Notes under the pieces: model-generated | What the model was told of the DNA's origin: nothing | Database searches by the model: none | Seen by the model: only the letters and a program-made list of their open reading frames with translations | Assembly (NCBI RefSeq): GCF_009914755.1 | Contig: NC_060933.1 | Length of the DNA stretch: 64,000 nt | Direction: 5' to 3' (one strand) | Origin: the human T2T-CHM13v2.0 reference genome, Homo sapiens | Shown here: positions 17,463 to 32,877 of the stretch, piece by piece | How positions within the stretch are numbered: position 1 is the stretch's first letter | Layout of the letters: each line of letters starts with the position of its first letter | Program-made: the position numbers and the translations under genes

Positions 17463-17892
17463 TATCTTAACCCATTTGTGTTGCTATTAAAAAAAACTCC
17501 TGAGACTAAAAAATGTATTTAAAAAAGAGGTTTATTTGGCTCATGATTCTGCAGCCCATACAGGAAGAATGGCACCAGCATCTGCTCAGCTTCTGGTGAA
17601 TTTCTCAGGTTGCTTCCACACATGGCGGAAGGCAAAGGGAAGCCAGCATGTAGTGAGATCACATAGTGAGAAAAGAGGAAAGAGGGGGGAGGGGGTGCTA
17701 GGCTCTTTGTAACAACTAGCTTTCTTGGGAACTAACAGAGAGCTCATTCATCCCCTCTCCCCGGGGAGGGCAACAATCTTTTCATGAGGGATCTGCTCCC
17801 AAGACCCTAACACCTCCCATTAGGCCCCACCTCCAACACAGGGGTTCAAATTTCAACATGAGGTTTAGGAGACAAACATCCAGGCTATGTCA
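17463..17892 (-). mobile_element. MaLR solo LTR (MST-type)
   Basis: GAGGTTTATTTGGCTCATGATTCTGCAG...CCTCCCATTAGGCCCCACCTCCAACA. Confidence 0.8.
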
Positions 17893-18165
17893 TTGGATCC
17901 CTAATAGGCTGAAGTAATGTGTTAAAAATAAGTTGTAAATAATTATATGCAAAAACACATAGCATTTTGGAAACTTTGCAAGATAATGAAAATATTTATC
18001 TGGATTTTAACTTAATTCACTCCATATTCTACACAAACATATTTTTAAAAGATAATACAATATTTGAGACATTAATATATGTTAGATAACCAATTTACAT
18101 CCTCAAGAGCTAAGAAAGTGTTAAGTTGCCCTTTCTTAATAAAAACAAAATTGATGATGTTAACT

Positions 18166-18455
18166 GTTTTTTGTTTGTTTGTTTGTTTTATTGAGACAGA
18201 GTCTTGCCCTGTTGCCCAGGCTGTAGTGATCATGGCTCACTGCAGCCTTGACCTCCTGGGCTCAAGTGATTCTTCCACCTCAGTCTTTGGAGTAGCTGGG
18301 ATTACAGGCGCATGCCAACATATCTGGTTATTTTTTATAGAAGCTGTGCTTCACCATGTTGCCCAGGCTGGTCTCAAACTCCTGGGTTAAAGCAATCTGC
18401 CTGTCTTGACCTTCCAAAGTGCTGGGATTTTAGGTGTGAGCCACTGTGCCTGGCC
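18166..18455 (-). mobile_element. Alu (AluJ-like)
   Basis: Diverged Alu. Confidence 0.9.
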
Positions 18456-18469
18456 TATGACGATAACTT

Positions 18470-18835
18470 TTTTAAAAGACAAAATTAGAACAAATTTAGT
18501 TATAGATGTAATTGGCTTCTATTTGTAAGTCATGAATCAGGGCAGCCGGCATTCTACAAAATAGGATGAGAGCTTCCACAGACAATGGAAGAACAGTAGC
18601 TTCTGTAAAATGAGAACAATTAAACAAAACAATAGGCAAAAAGCTGATTGGTTAAGATCAGGGTTAATCCAGGTTAATTTGTTGTAAGGGTTAAAGCAGA
18701 GAAAAGTTCCTTTTTGCACTGACTCAGGTAGACCAGAATTTCCTGTCTTGCGGAAAAACTGCTCTGTTCTGGGACCTGTGTACTTTCTTAAAGTTTCAGT
18801 TTGATTATGTGGTTTAACATAGCACATGAATAACA
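18470..18835. mobile_element. ERV1-class LTR fragment (MER31-like)
   Basis: AAAAGACAAAATTAGAACAAATTTAGTT...ATTGGCTTCTATTTG, matching recalled LTR text. Confidence 0.5.
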
Positions 18836-19451
18836 ATGCGATTATTTTAAAAGAGTTATTATAATAAATTTTGATAAATTTGCTCAAAGTCATTATCTCT
18901 AATAATCAAATTATCTCAAATTTAATTAATTGCAGTATGTGTCATTTATTTCAAAAGTGAAATAAAAACCTTTTCCACAAATCACAGTTTAGTTTATTTT
19001 CAAATTCAAACTTTACTTGCTTCACTGAATCTAGCAAAAGTAAATGTTTCAAAATAATGCAAAAAAAAGAGGTTTGTAAAGTTGGTAAGAAAATATTTGC
19101 TGAGCAAGTAATCAGATGTTTATTGTCTTACCTAGGTCATTTCTTATATATTTACATTCACATTGATTTGTATTAGCTATCAAGTTAATCATGTTAAAAA
19201 AAGTGGTACCATAATGAATTGTGTTTGATGTTGAAATTAATATTTAAAGATTTAAAAATTATGAGAGAGTATTCTGTGTTATCTCAGAATACTGGTAATG
19301 TCTTAAAGATTTCTGGCTACAAAGTAGTTTTACAAGACATTAGTTTTATGGGCACTGCATGCATTGCATTGATCAAAGCAGCATTGCATTGGTATTTAAC
19401 ACTAGGCCATGACTGAAAGGGCTTCAGAAGACATCATGATGAACTACATAC

Positions 19452-19529
19452 AGAGTAATGGCAAGTTTACTGTAAAATTAACATTCTCAGTTGTCACAAG
19501 AAATCTGACAATCACTAAAATGGCAAGCA
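19452..19529 (-). pseudogene. Probable CNTNAP3/4-like exon 11 remnant (EGF-like module)
   Basis: Minus strand: cag|TGC TTG CC (CLP)...TCT TGT GAC (SCD)...ACT TGC CAT (TCH)...|gtatgt. Matches the anchors of RCLP...FSCDC...TCHS, with an internal deletion and stops. Confidence 0.55.
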
Positions 19530-19975
19530 CTGTGTTCTATTTGTGTCCTTTTCAGACATGATTGATAAGAATTTGTTACCTTATTAGCATGTCATAAGTA
19601 GACAGCAAAGTATGTTTTAAATTCAAAAATTATTATTTTCTGCTCACGTTCTACTTTCAGCAATGTACACAGTGATAGTAATGAAAGCAGCCATCAGAAT
19701 ACTCTATTTTCTTCATAGTTAGCTGCCAAATACTTCTTTTTTTCTATCCAGATCATACTTGTATTGCTTTTGTGCCTTTGAGCATAGTCATAAATTAGTA
19801 CACAGAGGAAGCAGGGCAGTGACAGCTATACATTTTTCTACAGAAGATCAGCTATTAAATCAAGAACCAAGAGAACCATCTCAGCCTGGACACTGAGAAC
19901 CGAAGCCACACCTTCCCACTGATATTAACATGACTTTGTTATTCTATTGTTCCATTAGTATTACTTTTCGAGGAC

Positions 19976-21182
<1,207 letters not shown>

Positions 21183-22339
21183 AGCAATTAGCACAAACAT
21201 GACCTACTTGCAGAAGCTTGTCATAGCTATTATTCTAAATATGGTAATAGATGACTGTAATAATCCAAGCCAAGAATTATGACATTTTAAATGCACACAC
21301 ACTCTTACTCCTGAAATATCCTCAAATGGACATTAACATACAAATATTTTAATTAGATTCTTTTAAATTCTTAAGATTATGTGATATAACCCAAAAATGG
21401 GGCTGAAATGTCAGGTGACAATAACACCCAAATGGAGGTTCCACTCAGCACTTCCAGGGACACCCCCCCCCCCAACATATATACACTCTTTACAGAAACA
21501 TATTTGGAAATGAATTCATTATTCATAAGTAGTTGTGAATAGTTAGAAAATAGATTTTACATTTCACATTCAATAAAACTCCCACAGAATGTCAATTCTC
21601 ATTATTCGTGGATTTTGTATTTTCAAATCCACCTTCTTGCTAAAATGTATTTGTATTTGCAAATTCACCCACCTGCTAAAATTTATTACTAACCCCAAAA
21701 TTCACACTCACAGCACCTTTTTTGTCATACACAGACTGGCCAAAAATTTCATTCTCCCAGCTTGCACATTCCCAGCTGATGTTGAACAAAACCGTGTTCT
21801 GCCTTCTTGTTTCAACTCTCATACTAAAATCAAGTGTCCTTTTCACAATCTGTTTAGTGTCGCGGTTTTCATATTTTTGTGCTTTTTTGGTGATTTTGAT
21901 GTTTACAATGGCCCCCAAACATAGTGCTAAAGTGCTCTCAAAGCACAAAAAGACCGTGATGTGCATTATGGAGGCACATGTGACATAAACTTTGTTCAGA
22001 TATGACCTATAGTGCCATTGGCTATAATCTCAATGCTGATGAATAAATTTTATATGTTAAATAAGGTGTCTTTAAACAGAAACACATATAAAACAAGATT
22101 ATGTCTTGATCATTTGATGAAAATGTTGCAGCCAGAGGCTCACAGAAACTTCCCCTTACATTTTCCCAAGAAGCAACAATTTAGTACGTGCTAATGTTGG
22201 AGCTCTGAAAACCATATCCTCAAAAATGGCACTTTGACATGTTGAGTGCTTTGAATTAAATAAAATTGAAAGGCCTCAGAAATAAGCCTCAGGACCAACA
22301 CTCTGTCTAACACCATCAGCCCCGCCAACCCCACCCTAC

Positions 22340-22709
22340 TGTATTAGTCTGTTCTCATGCTGCTGATAAAGACATACCCAAGACTGAGTAATTGATAAAG
22401 AAAAAGAGGTTTAATGGACTCACAGTTCCACATGGCCGGCGAGGCCTCACAATCACAGTGGAAGGCAAAAGGCACACCTTACATGGCAGCAACCAAGAAA
22501 GAATGAGAACCAAGTGAAAGAGGTTTCCCCTTATAAAAACATCAGCTCTCATGAGACTTATTCTGTTGCAGGAGAACAATATGGGGATATGGGGGGAACA
22601 GCCTCCATGATTCAATTATTTCCTACTGGGTCCTTCCCACAACATGTGGGAATTATGGGAGCTACAATTCAAGATGAGATTTGTGTGGGGACGTAGCCAA
22701 ACCATATCA
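22340..22709 (-). mobile_element. THE1 solo LTR
   Basis: TGTATTAGTC...CCAAACCATATCA, 5-bp TSD CCTAC. Confidence 0.9.
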
Positions 22710-22857
22710 CCTACCATCCTCTTTCTTTCCTGAAGCAAGGAAGCAAGAAAGGAGAGGCTTTTGCTGAAGTTTCCTTATCTGATTAAGTCTGACCAAGGGA
22801 GGTTTCTCCAGAAGAAATGCAGTGTTTTTGTTTGTTTGTTTGTTTGTTTTAATTTAG

Positions 22858-23510
<653 letters not shown>

Positions 23511-24329
23511 AGAAATGCAGATGTTTTAAAACTCCCTCTCTACAGATCTTATCATATAACCAGGAAAGAGTAACCACCAGAGAGGAGAAAATAAGTCATT
23601 ACCATGTCCAGACAGACTTTTCATCTATCCTTCTGAGGGCAGCTCAGAGAGATTATGGGAAAGATTTTATCTGCATAATGACAACCTTTGTTTACAATGA
23701 AGTTCTGGTCTCACCTTTCCATAATTTGCTTGTACCTCCCCCAGAGCTCAGACGAACTTTGTACCAGGCCAATTGTCTTTTCTTTGAGCTCATTCATTTT
23801 CCCTAAAATAATTTACTTTCCCTCTAGATGTGCCCACAGTCCCCCTTTTCCCTGTCCCCTGTGAATAGGATATTTAAGAATTAACCAACTAGAGGGCATT
23901 TAAGCCTTAACCAAAGCCCTTCTTTGAGTCTCATATTTTTAGGACTTCCTTCTCCATGTGCATATTAATAAATTGCATGCATTTTTCCCTTGTTAATCTG
24001 TCTATTGTCAGCTCATTTCAGCAGTGAACTATCAGAGGGCAGAGGGGAAGATTTCTCTCTGCCCCTACAGTAATTTGATATTTACAGAAACTTTATAGAA
24101 CATAACTACTGTGAATAATGAGAATCAACTGTATATGTCACCTTTGAATACCTCTCTTCTCTCTTCACTGCATTCCTTTGGCACAGAGATGGAGCCAAAC
24201 TCTAGTGGCTAGGGAAGTAAATAAAAGACTGGGTCTGAGTCACCTGTTTCCCTAAAGGTAGCATCACCCTCTGAAGGTGCCCCTTACAGGCCTCTCTGGG
24301 AAGGGTTTCACAATCTCCTCCCACACTTT

Positions 24330-24525
24330 ACAGTTGGCAAATTATGGAGCCAAGGGCCAAATCCAGTGCCCATTTGGGCAACAAGCTAAGAATGTTTTTT
24401 ACATTAATGACAGGCTGGGGAAAAAAAAAATAGCAAAGAAAATAATATGACCTAAAACTGTATGTGACACATAAAGCCTAAATATTTACTATCTGGGCCT
24501 TTACAGAAAAAGCTTGCTGACCCCT
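24330..24525. mobile_element. hAT MITE (MER58A-like)
   Basis: GTTGGCAAATTATGG...ATATTTACTATCTGGGCCTTTACAGAAAAAGCTTGCTGACCCCT. Confidence 0.75.
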
Positions 24526-24975
24526 TCTTTGCAGCCTCAAGTATAGCAAATATCTAGTGTTTGGGAAATAATTTAAAACAAAACCTGTTCAGGAAACCTC
24601 TCCACAAAAGTAGAATAGATGTTGTTGAATAAGCACTAAAGCTCACTTCAATGTGCATCACAAGAAATCTGCCAAAGAGATTGAAAAACAGACAGAAATC
24701 TCACCCTTTCATGTGGCCAAGTAGGTAGAACCCTCACATACACGTTCTCAAGATCGATGATAAGTTGTTTGCAAGTAAGTAAAAGGACTTGACAGCACCA
24801 CTTGCCACATAGAATTCATCCCAGATTCACTGGGTAATTGAAATTGGCCATGGGTGCTTGCTAATTACCTTTATCCAAAGGAAAAACAAATTCTCATATC
24901 TTTATACCAGGAGGTAGTTTTGCAATGTGGAGCCCGACGCCTAGGTAACATTAGGTTCCTACCCTCCCATGAAAA

Positions 24976-25942
24976 TGTCAATAAAAAGAGTCCAACTTTG
25001 TAACACATTTGTAGAAATTTATTCTGAGCCAAATATGAGTGACCATGGCCCATGACACAGCCCTCAGGAGATCCCGAGAACATGTGTCCAAGGTGGTTGC
25101 AGCACAGCCTAGTTTTATACATTTTAGGGAGACATGAGACATCAATCAAATACATTTAAGATATAAGTTGGTTCAGTCCAGAAAAGTGGGACAACTCAAA
25201 GCAAGGGGGTGTCCAGGTTATAGGTAGAATGAAAAATTTCGGATTGGCAATTGCTTGAAAGAGTTTTATCATAGAAAACAATGTCTGGGTTATGATAAGA
25301 GGTTGCAGAGACCAAAGTTTTATCATGAAGATGAAGCCTCCATGTCGCAGGCTTCAGAGAAAATAGATTGTACAGGTTTCTTCTCAGACCTAAGGCTTGT
25401 GTTGATGTTAAATGGTGATTGGCTTTTCCTGAATTCCAAGAGGAAAGAGGGCATAATGAGGCATATCTGACCCTCCCTCCCCATTGTTGTGGGACTTTTC
25501 CTTAGTTCAGCTAAAGATGCAGTCTTTGTCCCATGGCCACGAAAATTTAGGCTTGCAGACGAGTTGAAGGGTGAGTAAAGCAGGGTTTTATTGGGTGAAA
25601 AGGAAAAAAAAGGGGGAACAGGGACCCTCTGCAAAGTCAGAGTCTCTGCTGGTGTGCTTCCTGCCTTGCAGATTGAATCCCAGTTTCCACACAGGAAGAG
25701 GTGGGGCCAGGCTCCTCCCTCTGCAAACAGTGCAAACTTCTGTGGCTCCACCCCAAGGTGCATTCCTTCCAGTGTGGGCTGGTTGCAGTTTCACTGGGGA
25801 CCCTCTCCCACCTGGCTGTCTCACCATCATGGCCTAAACCAGTCTTTCAGGTTAAATTTAGGGTGCCCTGGCAGAGGAGGGGTCCATTCAGATGTTTGTG
25901 AGGGGTGTAGGGGGTGGCTATGAGTTTTATTTTTGGTTTATA
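24976..25942 (-). mobile_element. MER4-family solo LTR nested in an older LTR (about 24586-26218)
   Basis: TGTCAATAAAAAGAGTC...ATTTATTCTGAGCCAAATATGAGTGACCATGGCCC...TTTTGGTTTATA. Confidence 0.8.
25485..25823 (-). mobile_element. MER61-like solo LTR inside MER4
   Basis: TGTTGTGGGACTTTTCCTTAGTTCAGCTAAAGA...GGCTGTCTCA, 4-bp TSD CCAT. Confidence 0.75.
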
Positions 25943-26933
25943 AAGATGAGGGGATGAGGTACAATCCTCCTTGGTGATTCTATCTCAGAGATAGTTCCAG
26001 ACCCTTGAGAAACACATTCCTACATTGTAAAACCTGCAAGAGACTTATCTTTTTTCTTTAAAAAATTGCTATATCCCTAAGAAGCAGAGAAAGAATTTAT
26101 GTTTCTAAAAGAAAATATTCTGAGGAAATGGTGGTGGTGGTGGTGGAGATCTCTTTCCCTTTTTCCATCAGGGAGAATTATTATTTTTTTCTTATGTTCC
26201 ATTTGTATTTACTGTTACACTAGTTAACTAAGTATCTAGCCAAAAGGAACTATAATTTGAGAAGGTGGTTCCCATGACTTCTCCTCTTTCTTTTCTTTCA
26301 GACTTCTGCTTCCTCAGAAATGCCCTCATTTTGTCCCAAGGTACTCAGATCTGTCACTCTACTTGAATCCAATCAGCAAAACAACAGCTCTGCAGTTAGC
26401 TGACTTGCTTCTAACCTCCATCATCTAAAGTAGAATATTAACCTCTTATATCGTTATTCAAAATTGTCACCTGGGATTTCAGCTCCTATTCTAACAGGTC
26501 AATAGAATCATTTCCTGAAGAGAAACAGGAGTGTGTGTGTTTTGGGAGTACGGAAGATATTTCTACTAAGAAAAGGAGTTTTTCTCCACAGTGTTAACAT
26601 TAGAAATCTAGCACTTACCATTTCACAAATTGAATACCTGAGGCTTAGGGAGGTGAAGTGACTTCCTTGAAGGAGACAAGTAGCAAATGTGGAGGTTCAT
26701 GTCTGCAGCCTATAGAACCCAGGAATCCTCTTTCCACTATGCCAGACTAACCTGGGAACCCAATTAGCTGCCATCAAAAGTATAAGAATTCTTTTTATTT
26801 GCCTATTATCTCTCATGATAAGTGAATCAATCACTTACTGAGCACAATTCCTACAAAGTGCAAAATGACCAAAGTCCCCAGAGTAGCTTCCTCTACATCA
26901 TGAGCTGCAACTCCAGTAAAAGAGCCTGGCAAC

Positions 26934-27260
26934 TGTCAAAGACAAAATGCACCAGACTGTGGAGCATATGATTTCATTAGGACTATTTGTAATAGAGAGA
27001 ACATGGCCCGATCTCAGCAGGTTGTGACTGTGTAACTGGTGGTATAATTTACTATCAAAATTATTCTGCAATCAGGGGGGTCTTAGTCAACTCAACAGGA
27101 AATGTTTATCTTTGGATTTTGTTAGTTCGGAGGGACAAACAGTTCTAATCTTAGCTAATTAATAATGAGACAAAGAATGGGTGGTTGGAGGATCTGTGTT
27201 TTGCCTTGTCAGCAGACTTAGGCCAAAGGGGAAAGGTCTGTGTTTGACCTTGTCGTTAGC
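26934..27260. mobile_element. Old ERV LTR fragment
   Basis: Starts TGTCAAAGACAAAATGCACCAGAC; subfamily not assigned. Confidence 0.5.
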
Positions 27261-27368
27261 AATGTGCTAATTGTGACTCCTAATGGGGATGGAGCTGGGT
27301 GTGTGCTTGGACATGGCATTCCATATGTGCCCAGGACATGCTGTCTTTTTAAGAGAATATAAGAATCT

Positions 27369-27731
<363 letters not shown>

Positions 27732-27828
27732 TTATTGCCAAATGATTAACTTTCTATTTATGTGTGAGGTTTGTGGGAGACCATAGAGAAGTTTTGTTTA
27801 AAACATCTGTGTATTTCTTTACATAATT

Positions 27829-28066
27829 CATTTATTATATCCCTTGCTGAATGTTCTGGCTGAGAAAGATTTAATTTAAGCTTTCCATCAATGAGAACAA
27901 AGATGAGGCTTGCTGAAATATGTTGATGTTCACTGGACAGCAAATATCCTGCTCTGTTCTATATTCAAAGTTGAAAAGTGATGGAAACCTCATCCTCATC
28001 CTCAGGGCTCAGAAAAGTCACAAGGTCTTTGACTTTGAAGAGTGGAACAAGAGGGCAACATGTTTT
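27829..28066 (-). pseudogene. CNTNAP3/4-like exon 8 remnant (laminin G domain 2)
   Basis: Translates ...VTFLSPEDEDEVSITFQL*I*NRAGYLLSSEHQHISASLIFVLIDGKLKLNLSQPEHSARDIIN versus recalled CNTNAP3 [73 protein letters not shown]. Two stops at the R and W codons, a deletion of about 9 codons, AG acceptor kept, donor lost. Confidence 0.88.
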
Positions 28067-28708
28067 CTAGTAAGTAAAGTAAGTGAGGCTATGGAGTAGG
28101 TTTCAGAGTGGCACCTTCAATCTTACTCAGAAATGTCAAAGTCTTTACAAAGGCTTCTTCTAGACCTGTAAACCTAGAATTAATATAAATGCTCACCTAG
28201 GTCAAATTCAATGATATTTATCTTAAAGGGCTTTCAAATCTAAGTGAGTTTCAATAAGGCAAACCCTTCTGAGTCTTTTATTTCCCTAAGCATAAAATTC
28301 TATCTTCTCTACCTTCTGTACTTCTCAGCATTAGCAAAGGAATCTCATGATAATTGAATTCAATAGTAGTTTATCTGATGCCAACTATTTTCCCGTCTCT
28401 ATGCTGGGCCCTGGGTACACAACAATGAAAACAATGTCCTCCTCTCCACTACCCAGGCTGCCTTCTCCTCTAAATTGAACAATTGTCTGTGATTCACCAA
28501 CAACAAGAACTTTTCTTTACCTACCTACCTAAAATATATAAACACAATTGACAACTTCAGACATGTTCTTTCAATTGGAGGACAATTACAAATAGTTGTC
28601 CTTTGTATTGATGAAAAGGCTAGTGGCAAGGTTGGTTGTGGCCTGGGCAGCAGGCTAGATGGGCCTCTCAGGAGGACTTGCTAGGTTGCAGTGCCCCAGA
28701 GCAATTTA

Positions 28709-28919
<211 letters not shown>

Positions 28920-29379
28920 CAAAAAGAGAGGAAAAACAAACTTTCAATTATGACAAGTGCAAAAAAACACATTTTTTATTTTGAGGTTTAGCATTTCTCA
29001 AAATAATTACAGTTACATGCTTCCATACTACGTACTTCTCTCTCAAAGATTAGTTGTTTGGATTTATCTAGGGCTTGAACACAATATCCTATCAACCTTG
29101 TAATCCTTTACATATCATTTGTATTGTTTTTAGTCATTTAGCTCAGTTTCCATTGAAATGTTACCTTTGCTCATTATTGCTACCTCTAAATGTCCTGTCC
29201 TTGTTTTTATGAGAACGGTGTGTAGCTATGTTGTTACATTAGAACTATATAAAGAGCATTAAAAGATGTACTTATTTCACAAATTGTCAAAATATAAACA
29301 AAATATAAAGCAAAAGACAATAGAGATATATAAACATAGCCCTTAAGAGCTGTAGATACACTCTTTTTTTGCCAAAGAT

Positions 29380-29632
29380 TTCTATTTTTATTGTAGATTT
29401 GGAGCGGGGGTACATGTGCAGGTTTGCTACAAGGATGTATTGCGTGATGCTGAGGTTTGGTCTTCAACTGAACCCATCACCCAAATAGTGAACATAGTAC
29501 CCGATAGGTAGTTTTTCACCCTTTGCCCCTTCCCTCTTTTCTGTCCTTCAGATTCTCTAGAATCTATTGTTCTCATCTTTGTGTACATGTGTACCTAATG
29601 TTTAGCTTCCACTTGTAGGTAAGAACATGTGA
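29380..29632 (-). mobile_element. L1P 3' end fragment in the pseudogene intron
   Basis: GGGGGTACATGTGCAGGTTTG...; degenerate TSD TAGATACACTCTT / TAAATATACTCTT. Confidence 0.85.
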
Positions 29633-29697
29633 TATAAATATACTCTTAAATTGTTCAAAGACAATGAATGCATCAAAAATATTTCCAAATGCCTTGC

Positions 29698-29882
29698 CTG
29701 AGAGTTTTATCTGAGTGAAAAGAGTTTTCCTTTTATTAATCCCAGGTTGATATGAGCTCCACTTTGTTCTCTGTGGAGTAAAATCCTATCTCTCTGAGGT
29801 TTTTGTTTTTAACAATTCTCATTGATTTTTATTGTACATATAAAAATGAAATCATTTAAGAAGATTCATAATGACAAGATAT
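29698..29882 (-). pseudogene. CNTNAP3/4-like exon 5 remnant
   Basis: tttaccctacag| acceptor; the 3' half reads QRDRILLHREQSGAHINLGLIKGKLF versus CNTNAP3 [27 protein letters not shown]; ends TCAG|gcaagg; the 5' half is badly degraded. Confidence 0.8.
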
Positions 29883-29907
29883 CTGTAGGGTAAACCCAGA
29901 AAGGGTT

Positions 29908-30880
29908 CAAGCTTTATGACAGCAAAGGAAACAATTAACAGATTGAAAAGGCAACCTATAAAATAGGAGAAAATACTTGCAAACTATTTATCTAATAAGG
30001 TGTTAATATCCAACATATATAAGGAAACCCTACAACTGAATCGCCAGAAACAAATACCCAGATTTTTAAAAGGTGTACAGTACTTGGATTGACATTTCTC
30101 TAAAAGAATATCTGAGTAGCCAACACACATATGAAAAAATGCTCAATGTCACTAATCGGAGAAATGCCAATCAAAACCATAATGAGATATCACTCCCCAC
30201 TGGTTGTCAAAACAACAACAAAAAGATAACAAGTGTTAGCAAAGATGTGGAGAAATTGGAATCCTTGTACTCTATTGGGAGTGTAAAATGGTGCAGCCAC
30301 TATAGAAAACGGTATGGAGGCTCCTCAAAAACATTAAAAATAGAACTATCGTATGATCCAGCAATCCCACACTTGGTATTTATTCAAAAAATTAAGATCT
30401 TGAAGACATATTCGAACTCTCATGTTCATTGCAGCAGTACTCACAATAGCCAGGATGTAGAAGCCGCATAAAGACCCACCGACATATGAATAGATAAGGA
30501 AAATGTGGCATCTACTTACAACAAAATATTATTGTCTGACATGAAATCCTTCCATATGTGGCAACATGGATGAACCCTGATGACGTTATGCTAAGCGAAA
30601 TAAGCCAAAAGGAAAATACAGTGTGAGTCCGTTATTATATGTCCAATATAAAATAACCCCATTCACAGAAGCACAAAGTGCAGTGGGTTACCAGGGGCTG
30701 GGAGAAGTGGAAAATAGGGAGTTACTGTTTAACAGGTATAAAGCTTCAGGTATGCAAGATGAATAAGTCCTAGAGATCTGCTATGTACAACATTGTGCCT
30801 GTAGTTAAGAACACTGTGTTGTATTCCTAAAAATTTAAGAGGGTAGCTCTCATGCTGTTTTTATCCCAATTTTTAAAAAT
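29908..30880 (+). mobile_element. L1M (MA/MB-type) ORF2 end and 3' UTR
   Basis: ACAGCAAAGGAAACAAT...ATAGAACTATCGTATGATCCAGCAATCCCAC...; source of ORF 30073-30471. Confidence 0.9.
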
Positions 30881-31703
30881 TAGATTGCATGGAAAAGAAG
30901 ATCCTTGCACATGGACTTTTCCTCTTTCCATAATTTCAAATTGCAAGCAAATTAATCTGGGATGATGACTTATATTTCTCCTCCACTATAATTTTACTTC
31001 TGCCTCAGGAGGATCTCCTATGAGTTTCTGATAACCTAGTTTTCCTGTGCTTCTCCGCTCACAGGTTGTCCTAAAATCCTAGTTAATTTACATGCTTGAA
31101 ATTGCTTGCATGGTTTTTAAATTTCAAATAAATAATACCTTTGATTGGACTCATGGGCTTCTGATCAAACCCACAGACTTTCTTTCATCAAAACTAAACA
31201 CTTCAGTAGATCCTAGAAAAACAGTGAAAACTCTCCAAGTATAAATATGATGCTGAATAAGGTGTTTAAAATATATGAAGCTTTACACATACACATACAT
31301 TTTTAGTATGAGGGTATCTCTGGCCTATTCACTTAAGGAAAAACATACCACCAGAAATGGAATTCCCTTTCAGTATCAGAGGTTAATATGTTAAATCCCA
31401 TTGTTAGCTAACATTTTTCTAAAATATACCAACTAGAAGTTTGTCTCATACCCTACTCTTTACTGCTCCTATCTTACACGTATCATTATGAAAACAAATA
31501 AATGTCCATTTTGTTTCCTTTTGTAAAAACATATGATAATCAAAACATTTGGTCAACGTCTACTCCATCTTTTTGTTTATTTAAAGACAACTTTTATGAA
31601 ATGATAATATTGGAAAGTTATGATATCCTTCAGCTAGTTGCAAAGACTAAAGAAAATATGCTACTCAAGGTAAATGATTTGTAACCCCTGAGCAGAGTCA
31701 CAG

Positions 31704-31779
31704 TCTCCCTCTCTCTCTCTGTCTCTCTCTGTCTCTCTCTCTCACACACACACACACACCACACACACACACACACACA
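31704..31779. repeat. (CT)n(CA)n compound microsatellite
   Basis: Direct reading. Confidence 0.95.
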
Positions 31780-32877
31780 TTTTAGAATCTTCAAAAACCA
31801 CTTCCAATACAAACTAGGTACCTGAAGTAAAGAGATACTCATTTTGGCTGAATAAAAGGCAAATTCATTTTGTGTTTTTCAACTTATTTTTAGAGAAAGC
31901 TTTGAAATGACATTACAAGTCATGTCTTTTGCAGCCCTGTCATAACCATGTCACTGTACTTTCAGCTTCTCAATTCCTTGGCAAGTCACATGCATTGTCA
32001 TGTTGAATATCAGTATTTTAAAAGAATAGCTGTCAACATCAGTGGCATCCTGAAAAAGATGTACAGAGAAGCTCATATTACCCAGAAAAATCTCACATTG
32101 TCTTTCATACTTCAGAAATAAAAAGGGAAAAGGAAAGGTAATTGTCCTTTAAACATACATTTATATAGATGCCAGAGAAACCAAATAAAATAGGAAGCTA
32201 TTTTTCAACTGACATGTTCTAAGTCAATATAATGGCATTACATATTTTCTCAATTTGTTTAATTTGATTTTAAAAGTCACAAACATTTGAATCTACGGGT
32301 ATGAATTTCATTCACATTATATATAATGTAAAATATTTACTTTCATGATTTTAAAAATCTTGTCTATTTTGTGTAGTTTTCTTTTGAAAATGTAATGTGT
32401 TTTCTCACATCTTGTTAATGTACTTCTAAAAATTCATTTACCGAGTACACAATGAGTAAGCATCAAATTACATCTAAATAATCTGTTGATTGGACAGTTT
32501 CTCCTCATACACTACAGAACAATTAGGCACAATAGAAAAAATCTCTATGTCAAATATAAGTGATTTTAAAAGTGATTATTAATCATAATAACATAAGAGC
32601 AATTGGAGCAGGGCCTTCAATATTGTCACATTTATGACAGTACAGTTATCTTTGTGTTACGAGTATCTTAAATAAGAACAGCAAGGTTTTATTTTATATG
32701 AGAACTATTTTTACAATTTAGCTAATTATAAAAAGTTTGCTTTGAGATATAGTCTAGATTATTTTGGTATGTTCTTTTCTCTTTTTCATTTTGGCTAGTA
32801 TTACTGTTAGATTGTAACAGCAATATTTATCCTCCATGGCATATAACATCTGCCATTTCAGTCTTCCGAAGTGATGT

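Noticed and set aside
25485-25823. Possible p53 site in the MER61-like LTR
   Set aside because: No RRRCWWGYYY dimer is visible in this copy.
27758-27825. KEIHRCFKQN...HKPHT resembles exon 7 (KSFHGCLEN...HKPQI)
   Set aside because: It lies downstream of exon 8 (wrong order) and needs a large deletion; probably chance.
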